The translations under genes were made by a program, and so were the position numbers. Positions 8,432 to 15,970 of a stretch of 17,139 nucleotides of DNA are shown piece by piece. The notes beneath the pieces were generated by a model that worked only from the letters and a program-made list of their open reading frames with translations, had not been told where the DNA came from and did no database searches. Location: assembly GCA_034408725.1 (NCBI GenBank), contig JAWXCN010000045.1:1-17139 (forward strand), written 5' to 3'. This stretch comes from Candidatus Hydrogenedentota bacterium (lineage in GTDB: Bacteria; Hydrogenedentota; Hydrogenedentia; Hydrogenedentales; SLHB01). Within the stretch, counting starts at the first letter, position 1. Each line of letters begins with the position of its first letter.

Positions 8432-8496
8432 CTATTCGGCGTGTGGCAGCGGTAGCTTCGGTGAGCGAAAGCGGTAGCGACTGCTACCGCACTCCA
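8432..8496. repeat. REP-family copy (reverse orientation) with a degenerate left partner
   Basis: AAAGCGGTAGC-GACT-GCTACCGCACTCCA (8468-8496) has the same 8-bp stem as the 13896-14164 copies. 8432-8457 (CTATTCGGCGTGTGGCAGCGGTAGCT) resembles a decayed left arm. Confidence 0.75.
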
Positions 8497-8515
8497 TAAA
8501 AGATTGGAGAAAGAT

Positions 8516-9490
8516 ATGATCGCGTTTGTAACGGGCGGATCGGGATTCGTTGGCCGCGCGCTGATCGAGGCGTTGCGCGGGAAAGGGGATGAAGTTCGCG
8601 CGCTGGTGCGCTCGGACAAAGCCACGGAAACCGTCGTAGCATTGGGCGCGGCGCCCGTGCGCGGAGACCTCGATGATGTTGCCGCAATGATCGACGGTAT
8701 GCGCGGATGCGATGCAGTATTTCATTCGGCGGCGCACGTGAAGGATTGGGGAGCCGCGGAAGAGTTTCACCGCGTAAACGTGCAGGGCACGCAGAACGTG
8801 ATCGACGCGGCACGGTCGGCGCCCGTGCCCCGTCTCGTACACATCGGCACGGAAGCGGCCCTCATCGGCGGCGCTCCGATTATTAACGCAGACGAAACAC
8901 GCGCATTTCCGGCGCGGCCCATCGGGCTTTATCCGCTCACCAAAGGTCTCGCCGAGACCCGGGTAAGGGCGGCGAATGGGGAAGGACTTGCGACAGTTGT
9001 CGTTCGGCCGCGGTTTATTTGGGGCAAAGGCGATACGAGCGTGCTCTCGAACATGGTTCAGGCCGTGAAAGACGGTCGGTTCATGTGGATTGGTGGCGGC
9101 AATTACAAAACCTCGACGTGTCACGTGCGCAATGTGTGCGAGGGCGCGCTGCTCGCGGCGGAGAAGGGGCGCGGCGGAGAAGCCTATTTTTTGACGGATG
9201 GCGAACCGGTGATGTTCCGTGAATTCATTACAAAAATGCTTAAAACTCAAGGCATTTATCCAGGAACCAAAACCATGCCCCGCGGAGTTGTGTATGCGAT
9301 GGCAAGCGTTTGTGAATTATTGTGGCGCGCGTTGCCTTTGAAGGGCGCGCCGCCGATAAACCGGTTTGTCGTGCGCGTGATCGGATCGGAAGTCACGGTG
9401 AACGACGCGAAGGCCAGGAGGGAGCTTGGGTACGTTGGACGGGTGTCGATTGAAGAAGGGCTTCAGGAAATGCGAGAGGGAGTTGCGTGA
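8516..9490 (+). CDS. NAD-dependent epimerase/dehydratase, extended SDR (3-beta-HSD-like)
   Basis: FVTGGSGFVG Rossmann motif, VFHSAA, catalytic YPLTK (YxxxK), VVVRPRFIWG; SD GGAGA 8506-8510 before ATG 8516. Confidence 0.9.
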   Translation: MIAFVTGGSGFVGRALIEALRGKGDEVRALVRSDKATETVVALGAAPVRGDLDDVAAMIDGMRGCDAVFHSAAHVKDWGAAEEFHRVNVQGTQNVIDAARSAPVPRLVHIGTEAALIGGAPIINADETRAFPARPIGLYPLTKGLAETRVRAANGEGLATVVVRPRFIWGKGDTSVLSNMVQAVKDGRFMWIGGGNYKTSTCHVRNVCEGALLAAEKGRGGEAYFLTDGEPVMFREFITKMLKTQGIYPGTKTMPRGVVYAMASVCELLWRALPLKGAPPINRFVVRVIGSEVTVNDAKARRELGYVGRVSIEEGLQEMREGVA

Positions 9491-9499
9491 CGCAAACCG

Positions 9500-9829
9500 C
9501 TACGAACGCGCGGGTAACTCTATTGGCGCGCCATTTTCGATGGACTGCGCAATTGCCTGCAAAATTACATTCAGTTCCGATTTCTTGACTCGCGACAACC
9601 ACACATTGTCCGGGAAAATCATGATGTTCGGTCCCTCCTCGCATACGTCCATGCAGCCCGAATTGCTGACGCGCACCTTCTTTTTCAGTCCGCGCTCCTT
9701 CACCAATTCCTTCAGCGTGTCGCGCAAATCGCAGCCGCCTTCGCGCGCGCAACAAACGCGGTCGTCTTTGTCGCGTTTATTAGTGCAAACGAAGATGATT
9801 TTTTCGAAGGGCAGATCCTCGATTTCCAT
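9500..9829 (-). CDS. Thioredoxin-like [2Fe-2S] ferredoxin
   Basis: IFVCTN..CC..VRVSNSGCMDVCEEGPNIMIFPDNVW matches the Trx-like 2Fe-2S ferredoxin Cys pattern. Confidence 0.88.
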   Translation of the reverse strand: MEIEDLPFEKIIFVCTNKRDKDDRVCCAREGGCDLRDTLKELVKERGLKKKVRVSNSGCMDVCEEGPNIMIFPDNVWLSRVKKSELNVILQAIAQSIENGAPIELPARS

Positions 9830-9830
9830 A

Positions 9831-10361
9831 TTAATCCCGTCTAGCCGGAGTATACGCCCTTGACGCCCCGCGCGCGATGGAAAGCGTCTTCCACGCGCTG
9901 CCGGTGCGCATCCGGGCCAAATACACGATCTGGCCTACATGATAGGAAACATGCGCGACCTGCCGGTTTATTGCGTCCAGCGCGTTCATTGTTTGCCCGC
10001 GAATCGTGATGTTTTTGTTGAGGTCGTCTGCTGTCAGCGCTTCAATAGCGCGAAACAGGCAGTCCCACCCTTCATTCCACTTGTCGAGGACCGATCCGTA
10101 ATCGGCGTTGGCCGGTTCGACAAATTCGCCGTCGCGATCTCGCGATGGCTTTTCACCGTCGCTGTCGAGAAAATCGGTCCAGCGGGAAAGCATGTTGCCG
10201 TGGAGATGCTGAACAATTACCACGATGCTGTTCGATTCCGGACCGGGTGTCCACGCGAGGTCTCCAGCCGTGAGTTGCGCCAGCGCCTTGTCCCCGAGTT
10301 CCTTTGTGCCGCGAAAGCGGAACAGGGCCGATTCCAGATAGAGTTTGCCGATGGCTTCCAT
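9831..10361 (-). CDS. DUF1572 family protein (DinB/YfiT superfamily)
   Basis: ESNSIVVIVQHLHGNMLSRWTDFLDSDGEKP.RDRDGEF..W..GW..ITIRG..AINRQVAHVSYHVGQIVY..WKTLSI is the typical DUF1572 pattern. Confidence 0.88.
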   Translation of the reverse strand: MEAIGKLYLESALFRFRGTKELGDKALAQLTAGDLAWTPGPESNSIVVIVQHLHGNMLSRWTDFLDSDGEKPSRDRDGEFVEPANADYGSVLDKWNEGWDCLFRAIEALTADDLNKNITIRGQTMNALDAINRQVAHVSYHVGQIVYLARMRTGSAWKTLSIARGASRAYTPARRD

Positions 10362-10382
10362 GGCCAGTCTCTTTCAAAAGTT

Positions 10383-11573
10383 TTAATCCGACTCCAGAAA
10401 TCGGAGCGCAAGGTTCGACATAAGCCGCATCGCAACGGGGATTGGCGCGTCGCCGAAATCATATTTGGGATTGTGGAGTGGGGGATAGGGCGCGCCGGGA
10501 TTCGGATTCACGCCAAGGCAGACGAAAGCGCCCGGCGCTTTCTGAAGGTAGTACGAAAAGTCTTCCGCGCCCATGTAGGGCGCGTCGAATTCGGTGACAT
10601 TGTATTCGCCGAACAGGTCGTGTCCCGCGCGGATAACGAACTGTGTCATGTCCGGATCGTTAAACAGCACCGGATAACGGTTCTCGGAAAAGCGCACCTC
10701 GACAGTCGCGCGCATGGCCGCGGCGGTTTGTTCAGCAATCCTACGAATGGAATCTTCGATCTGTTGGTGTATCGCGTCGTTCAGGCTTCGATAGGTGCCT
10801 TCGAGCACCGCGCTTTCAGGGGTAATGTTCGTTGCGGTTCCGCCATGAAATTTCGTGACGCTGACGACGCCCGCGTCCCAAGGGTTGATCTCGCGGCTGA
10901 CCACCGATTGAAGCGCAGTGACGATGTGCGCGCCCGCGACGATGGGATCGACGCCCGCCGCCGGGTCCGCCGCGTGACAACCCTTTCCGTGAACGATCAT
11001 TTTGAATACGCCCGCGCCGGCAAGCATCGCTCCGGGCCGGATACCGATGTGGCCGATGGGAAGCGTCGGCCAACCGTGCAATGCAAACGCGGCGTCCACG
11101 CCGTCGAGCACGCCTTCTTCGACGATCAAGCGCCCCCCCGCGGCCTCTTCCTCGCCCGGCTGGAAGACGAACTTCACCGTGCCTTTAATCCGGTCGCGAT
11201 GCGCGGCCAATGTTTTAACGACGCCGCAAAGACACGCGCTGTGTCCATCGTGTCCACATGCGTGCATGCGCTCGGGAATTTTCGATGCGTAGGGGAGCCC
11301 AGTCTCTTCCTGGATTTCGAGCGCGTCCATGTCCGCGCGAAGCAATACAGTCTTTCCCGGCGCGCCGCCTTGCAGTGTTGCGACGATTCCAGTGCCCTTC
11401 GCAAAGCCACGCTGATAGGGTACGCCGGTCGTGTCGAGAAACTTCGCAATGCGGTCCGAAGTCCATATTTCTTCAAAACGAATTTCGGGGTGTTCGTGCA
11501 GTTCGTGGCGGAGCGATGCAATTTCGGGCGTTATGGTGTTGATTGTCTTCGATAGTGCGTCATTCATGTGCAT
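10383..11573 (-). CDS. M20D family amidohydrolase (hippurate hydrolase/N-acyl-amino acid amidohydrolase-like)
   Basis: RHELHEHPE, LRADMDAL, MHACGHDGH, FQPGEE, GAEDF and LHNP motifs. Start is uncertain (ATG 11573 or 11567; the ORF track extends it to 11618). Confidence 0.92.
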   Translation of the reverse strand: MHMNDALSKTINTITPEIASLRHELHEHPEIRFEEIWTSDRIAKFLDTTGVPYQRGFAKGTGIVATLQGGAPGKTVLLRADMDALEIQEETGLPYASKIPERMHACGHDGHSACLCGVVKTLAAHRDRIKGTVKFVFQPGEEEAAGGRLIVEEGVLDGVDAAFALHGWPTLPIGHIGIRPGAMLAGAGVFKMIVHGKGCHAADPAAGVDPIVAGAHIVTALQSVVSREINPWDAGVVSVTKFHGGTATNITPESAVLEGTYRSLNDAIHQQIEDSIRRIAEQTAAAMRATVEVRFSENRYPVLFNDPDMTQFVIRAGHDLFGEYNVTEFDAPYMGAEDFSYYLQKAPGAFVCLGVNPNPGAPYPPLHNPKYDFGDAPIPVAMRLMSNLALRFLESD

Positions 11574-11741
11574 GATGCCATTTCGTTGTATCGGCGCGCT
11601 GGAGGGCGGGTTTTCCAACCCGCCATTAATTGTCTTTCCAAGTCGTAGAGAAGCGCAACCGCATTGAATGAAGCCTAACGAAAGTCTGCGAGGCGTGCAA
11701 ATCTCAGCACGACGGGGGGAATGTGCGCGATCTCAAAATTT

Positions 11742-12281
11742 CTACCGGTGCAGGCGTTCGCGCATTACGACGGCGAGTTGGCTGGGCAGGAGTCTCGCGG
11801 CGAGTTCCTGGAAATCGGTAATGGACCTTGGTTTCGCTTCCGTGTCGATGTCGTGAACTTCCTTCACTTTGTCGCGCGCTGCTTCGCGCTGCATCTGCTG
11901 AATGCCGCGCAGCATGTCCTGCCGGCTGATGCGTCCCACGGGGATGTCGTTCTCCATCACGGTGAGGACTGCATAATTCGTGGAAAGGAATTTACGGGCG
12001 ACCGCAAAGAGGTCCATCTCCGTGGTGACGGTTGCTTTTGGAGTAGACATGTAGTCGCTAACAGTGCCCGGCGTCATATCTTCATAGGCCGAATTCGATA
12101 TGACCCGCAAACAATCCTTCTCCGTAAGGATACCTAGAAGGACGCCGTCCGCGTCCAGCACCGGGGCGCCGGCGGCGTGTTTACTTTCGAGGACCTTGAT
12201 CGCATCGAATATCTGCATGTCGGGACGCAAGGTTGCGAACCACGGGCCCATGCAATCGCGCGCAAGAGGGATGGTGTGCAT
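11742..12281 (-). CDS. CBS-domain pair protein
   Basis: ARDCM..LRPDM.I.DA...L..GAPVLD.DG.LLGILTEKD and VSDYMS..VGRISRQD form two CBS repeats; SD GGAGG 7 nt upstream. Confidence 0.9.
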   Translation of the reverse strand: MHTIPLARDCMGPWFATLRPDMQIFDAIKVLESKHAAGAPVLDADGVLLGILTEKDCLRVISNSAYEDMTPGTVSDYMSTPKATVTTEMDLFAVARKFLSTNYAVLTVMENDIPVGRISRQDMLRGIQQMQREAARDKVKEVHDIDTEAKPRSITDFQELAARLLPSQLAVVMRERLHR

Positions 12282-12344
12282 GACTGAACCTCCGGTTGTG
12301 ACGGTTTGGACTTTATGTCCGAGTCAGTCTGCCTTTTCATTTAA

Positions 12345-12353
12345 AGTGTAGCA
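12345..12353 (-). promoter_or_regulatory. Putative extended -10 promoter (TGCTACACT) for the CBS gene
   Basis: TGnTACACT on the minus strand in an AT-rich divergent intergenic region. Confidence 0.45.
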
Positions 12354-12390
12354 CTGATTGGCGAATCCGGAAAGCACAAAAGTGAATAAA

Positions 12391-12405
12391 TGGCAATGGA
12401 ATTGC
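12391..12405 (+). promoter_or_regulatory. Possible sigma54 (-24/-12) promoter upstream of the sulfatase
   Basis: TGGCAATGGAATTGC has exact GG-N10-GC spacing and resembles TGGCAC-N5-TTGC. Confidence 0.35.
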
Positions 12406-12481
12406 GATGTTTCGCACGATAAGCGAATTGAATCACCCGTGGTATCCGCGTACAACAATGATAATCATGAGGAATAGGGCC

Positions 12482-13885
12482 ATGAAAAATTCCGCCATTT
12501 CCCGCTTCGACTTCCTGCGTTGCATGGGCTTAGGCGGTGCCGCGCTGGTGGCCGGACAGTCTTGCGCGCGGATGGGCGAGGCGTCTGACCGCCGACCCAA
12601 TTTCGTGATTGTTTTCGCGGATGACTTTGTCTACCGCGCGATCGGCTATACGAATCCCGTCGTCCAGACACCGCATCTGGACGGTTTGGCGCGCGCGGGA
12701 CTCATCCTCGAAAACGCCTATGTCGCGTCACCGATTTGCGTGGCGAGCCGCGCGAGTCTGATGAGCGGGATGTTCCCGCAGCAACACGGATCGGTCGCGC
12801 TCGATGCGGCGGGATTTCAGCGCGTCGTCGTACAGGAAGCGCGTTATGCCACTTTTGCTCAAGTGTTGTCGAAGTCCGGATACCGCACCGGATATTGCGG
12901 AAAGTCCCACCTCGGACCGTCGGACACTTTCGGATTCGCCGAAGGACAAGAGGACAACGATCCGTTCGACAATGAAGGCTTTGCGTTCGCGGAGCAGTTT
13001 CTCGCCGCGCGCGAGGGCGACGAGCAGCCGTTCCTGTTGTGGGTATCACCGCATCAACCCCACGTGCCGTTGTTGCCTGCGCAGGAGTGGTTGGACCTGT
13101 ATCGCGACGCGGACATTCGCGTTGATCCGAATTTTCGCGAGTCCCCGCCGGACGGCAGCATTTACAACCAGGGCAAGTCGGGGGAACGGTATTACCGCGA
13201 CTCGAAGTTTGTGAAGAATTACAAGGAACTTTCCTCGGGGCCGCCGCGCACCGAGGCGCAGATGATCGATTTCATGCGCGCGTATTACGCGACGATCTCG
13301 CACCTCGACGCGCAGATTGGCGCGTTGATTGATCAACTGAAGGCGTCCGGCCAGTACGAGAACACCTATTTCGTATTTTTCGCGGACAACGGCTACCACC
13401 TCGGCAATCACGGCCTCGGCAACAAAATTACGATGCACGAAGAGTCTGTACACGTGCCGATGTTTGTGCATTCGCCGCTGCTACGCAACAGGGGCGCGCG
13501 TAGTAAGTCGCTGGTATCCAGTTTGGACATTTATCCCACGCTGCTCAACCTGGCGGGATTGGACGCGCCGCCGCATGTGATGGGCGAATCGCTCGCGCCA
13601 GTGTTGCGCAACCCGTCGCGAAAGGTGCGGGACTATGTCGCGAGCGAATGCGTCGGCGTAGGCGGCGTTGTTGGCGAAGGGCATCGCATGGTGCGGACAG
13701 ACCGCTGGAAATATGTGCTCACCGATTCAAATGACGAAGCGTTGTTTGACGAGCTAAACGACCCGTACGAACTGAAAAATGTCGTCGACAACCCTGCGAA
13801 CGCCGCGACTCTCGGTCAACTGCGCAACTATATGCGCGAGTGGATGCAACGCGTCGGCGACAAACACGACCCGCCGCCCGAATGA
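12482..13885 (+). CDS. Formylglycine-dependent sulfatase (S1 family), probably exported
   Basis: RPNFVIVFADD, TPHLD.LA, ICVASRASLMSG (CxAxR variant), GKSH, PHVP, YYATISHLD, DNGYHLG.HG, D..PT..LAG, D..DPYE..N; SD GAGGA before ATG 12482. Confidence 0.93.
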   Translation: MKNSAISRFDFLRCMGLGGAALVAGQSCARMGEASDRRPNFVIVFADDFVYRAIGYTNPVVQTPHLDGLARAGLILENAYVASPICVASRASLMSGMFPQQHGSVALDAAGFQRVVVQEARYATFAQVLSKSGYRTGYCGKSHLGPSDTFGFAEGQEDNDPFDNEGFAFAEQFLAAREGDEQPFLLWVSPHQPHVPLLPAQEWLDLYRDADIRVDPNFRESPPDGSIYNQGKSGERYYRDSKFVKNYKELSSGPPRTEAQMIDFMRAYYATISHLDAQIGALIDQLKASGQYENTYFVFFADNGYHLGNHGLGNKITMHEESVHVPMFVHSPLLRNRGARSKSLVSSLDIYPTLLNLAGLDAPPHVMGESLAPVLRNPSRKVRDYVASECVGVGGVVGEGHRMVRTDRWKYVLTDSNDEALFDELNDPYELKNVVDNPANAATLGQLRNYMREWMQRVGDKHDPPPE

Positions 13886-14168
13886 CCATTTTTTTTGGAC
13901 TGCGGTAGCGGGTAGCTACCGCTTTCACTTCGGAAACTTTCGTCACTACGGGTCACGCGATAGCCATAACGTGACCGAATGGTCTCCACGACAACCCCGC
14001 CACCGAATCTGTCGGTGAGGAGAGAGACCTGCGGTCGGGGGAGTGACCATTTTGGACTGCGGTAGCGGGTAGCTACCGCTTTCACTTCGGAAACATTCCT
14101 CACTAAGGGTTACCCGATAGCCGCGCAGGACGATAAAGCGGTAGCTACCCGCTACCGCAGTCCAAAAT
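13883..14168. repeat. Cluster of three REP-family copies: two direct (157-bp period) and one inverted
   Basis: The 30-nt core TGGACTGCGGTAGCGGGTAGCTACCGCTTT occurs at 13896-13925 and 14053-14082, and its reverse complement at 14135-14164. 14049-14082 / 14135-14168 is a perfect 34-bp IR around a 52-bp spacer. Confidence 0.92.
13902..13930 (+). terminator. Possible intrinsic terminator formed by the first REP hairpin
   Basis: GCGGTAGC-GGGTA-GCTACCGC 8-bp stem followed by TTTCACTT, 16 nt after the sulfatase stop. The U-tract is imperfect. Confidence 0.35.
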
Positions 14169-14172
14169 AGGC

Positions 14173-14201
14173 TTGCGTTTGCGCGGTTTGGTTTCTACAC
14201 T
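14173..14201 (+). promoter_or_regulatory. Putative sigma70 promoter of the epimerase gene
   Basis: TTGCGT (14173-14178), 17-nt spacer, TACACT (14196-14201), immediately right of the REP cluster. Confidence 0.5.
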
Positions 14202-14242
14202 TGGGCAGTTCCAGTCTATTTATTTACAAGGGGCCATATTCC

Positions 14243-15508
14243 GTGAGCGTAATTGATCGGTGTGAAAAATTTCTCCAGGAAGTCCAGGACCATCTGCGGG
14301 ACGAACTGCTTCCCTTTTGGCTGACCCACGGCGAGGACAAGGATTTCGGCGGCTTCCTGACCTACTTCGACCGCAACGGAAAGCCCACCGGCGAGACGGT
14401 CAAGACCCACCTCTGCCAGACTCGCTGCATCTACACGTATTCATCGGTGCATCGCGCGAGCATCGGCGAGGGCGAATTTCTGAAAATCGCTAAGCAGGGC
14501 GTCGATTTCATGATCGACAACTTCTGGGACAAGCAACATGACGGCTGGTACTGGACCGCGAAACAGGATGGCACGCCGCAGAACATCAGCAAGCTGACCT
14601 ATGGTCATTCTTTCGCGATCTACGCGCTCAGCGAATACGGCATGGCCTCCGGCGATACGCGCGGCGTGGAATGGGCCGTAAAAACGTACGAGGCACTGCA
14701 AACGCTAGCGGCGGACAACTGCCACGGCGGGTACTACGAATTTCTCGAACGCGACTGGTCGAAGAAGAAGCCCGGCAAATACGGCGGCGACAGAAAATCG
14801 TTTGACGTTCACATGCACCTGATGGAAGCGTTCACGAATTTATTTGAAGCCACCGGCGCGCGAATATACCGGGAAAAGACGATTGAGATCATCGACCTGA
14901 TCTTCAAGCGTATCATGCACCCCGAGTTCAGTCTCGGTATTGCCCAGTTCGCAATCGACTGGACCCCGCTGCGCCAGATTCTGTTTGCCGACGTGTGGGG
15001 TTCCGACCGCGACACCGAGGAAGTAGCCCGTCCACTCGACAACACCAGCTACGGCCACAACGTCGAATTCGCATGGCTGCTGCTCCACAGCATCCGCATA
15101 CTCGATCTGGATGTGGAGACGTACAAGCCCGCGCTCCGGAAAATCTTCGATCACGGCCACCAATACGGCGTGGACTGGAAAAACGGCGGGGTGTATTGCG
15201 AAGGCCCGTTCGACGGACCCGCGCGCGAGCGCAACAAGGAATTCTGGCAACAAGCCGAATGCCTCGTCGGCATGCTCGACGCCTACCTTTTGTTCAAAGA
15301 GGAAAAATATCTCGACGCCTACGAAAACGTCCATCGCTTCACGATGGACAAGGTAATCAACCACAAGGTGGGTGAGTGGTTCCCGTTATTCGACGAAAAC
15401 AACAATCTGCTCTGGGACTACATGGGCCACGCGTGGAAAATTAACTACCACACGGTCCGTTCGATGATTCAGACTGAAGCGCGGTTGCTGCGGATATTGT
15501 CGTCATGA
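14243..15508 (+). CDS. AGE-family epimerase/isomerase (cellobiose 2-epimerase / N-acylglucosamine 2-epimerase-like)
   Basis: LLPFW..D...GGF, K...QTR..YTYS, YGHSFAIYALSEY, HMHLMEAFT, SYGHNVEFAWLL, FWQQAE, GEW, WK..YH (three catalytic His retained). GTG 14243 is preceded by AAGGGG. Confidence 0.92.
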   Translation: MSVIDRCEKFLQEVQDHLRDELLPFWLTHGEDKDFGGFLTYFDRNGKPTGETVKTHLCQTRCIYTYSSVHRASIGEGEFLKIAKQGVDFMIDNFWDKQHDGWYWTAKQDGTPQNISKLTYGHSFAIYALSEYGMASGDTRGVEWAVKTYEALQTLAADNCHGGYYEFLERDWSKKKPGKYGGDRKSFDVHMHLMEAFTNLFEATGARIYREKTIEIIDLIFKRIMHPEFSLGIAQFAIDWTPLRQILFADVWGSDRDTEEVARPLDNTSYGHNVEFAWLLLHSIRILDLDVETYKPALRKIFDHGHQYGVDWKNGGVYCEGPFDGPARERNKEFWQQAECLVGMLDAYLLFKEEKYLDAYENVHRFTMDKVINHKVGEWFPLFDENNNLLWDYMGHAWKINYHTVRSMIQTEARLLRILSS

Positions 15509-15948
15509 AATTTCACCTTTGGTGGAATTTCGTTTCTCGACGTAAACGATTGGTAGTTGTCTCTATATTGGTACTGCCGCTCGTGCTCTTTTTGGCTATC
15601 CGGTACCGTTTCGATTCGTACCCACTCTTTCGAACAGGTATTTCTCAGGGAGATTCGCCGGTTGCTTATTTGTGGGCGTTGACAGTGACGGATTTTTCGC
15701 CGGGCTTCGACGAGAGAGATTTCACAAAAATTGCAGCAGGTGACACGCGGGATTCTGTCTTGGAAAAAATTGGACCGCCACGATACGAACTGCCCAATCC
15801 AGAGTGGTGGCGCCGCGACGGCGAGATATGGGTTTACGCGAACATGCTTTCGGACATGGAAAACCACTTTATTTCCTTCGTCCGAAATATTGAGATTGAC
15901 CCTTCCGGAAAGGTGTACCGGACGGAATCGTGGATAAATATCGATTAG
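15505..15948 (+). CDS. Hypothetical membrane-anchored protein with an SmpA/BamE-like domain
   Basis: RRKR followed by a hydrophobic helix (LVVVSILVLPLVLFLAI); F.KIAAGDTRDSVLEKIGPP..W.YA..IEIDPSGKV resembles the SmpA/OmlA pattern; ATGA overlap with the upstream stop. Confidence 0.55.
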   Translation: MKFHLWWNFVSRRKRLVVVSILVLPLVLFLAIRYRFDSYPLFRTGISQGDSPVAYLWALTVTDFSPGFDERDFTKIAAGDTRDSVLEKIGPPRYELPNPEWWRRDGEIWVYANMLSDMENHFISFVRNIEIDPSGKVYRTESWINID

Positions 15949-15970
15949 GTCTGCTCCGTTTGAGACAGCC

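Noticed and set aside
9939..11555. 538-aa plus-strand ORF
   Set aside because: Antisense shadow of the amidohydrolase and DUF1572 genes, with no motifs; such ORFs are common in GC-rich DNA.
11620..11741. Riboswitch or sRNA in the amidohydrolase leader
   Set aside because: Only short weak stems and no aptamer consensus I can recognise; an Rfam search would be needed.
13896..14168. Mini CRISPR array (30-nt palindromic repeats)
   Set aside because: There are only two direct copies, 157 bp apart, and the third is inverted. The sequences after the repeats resemble each other instead of being unique spacers, variants are dispersed at other loci, and no cas genes are present.
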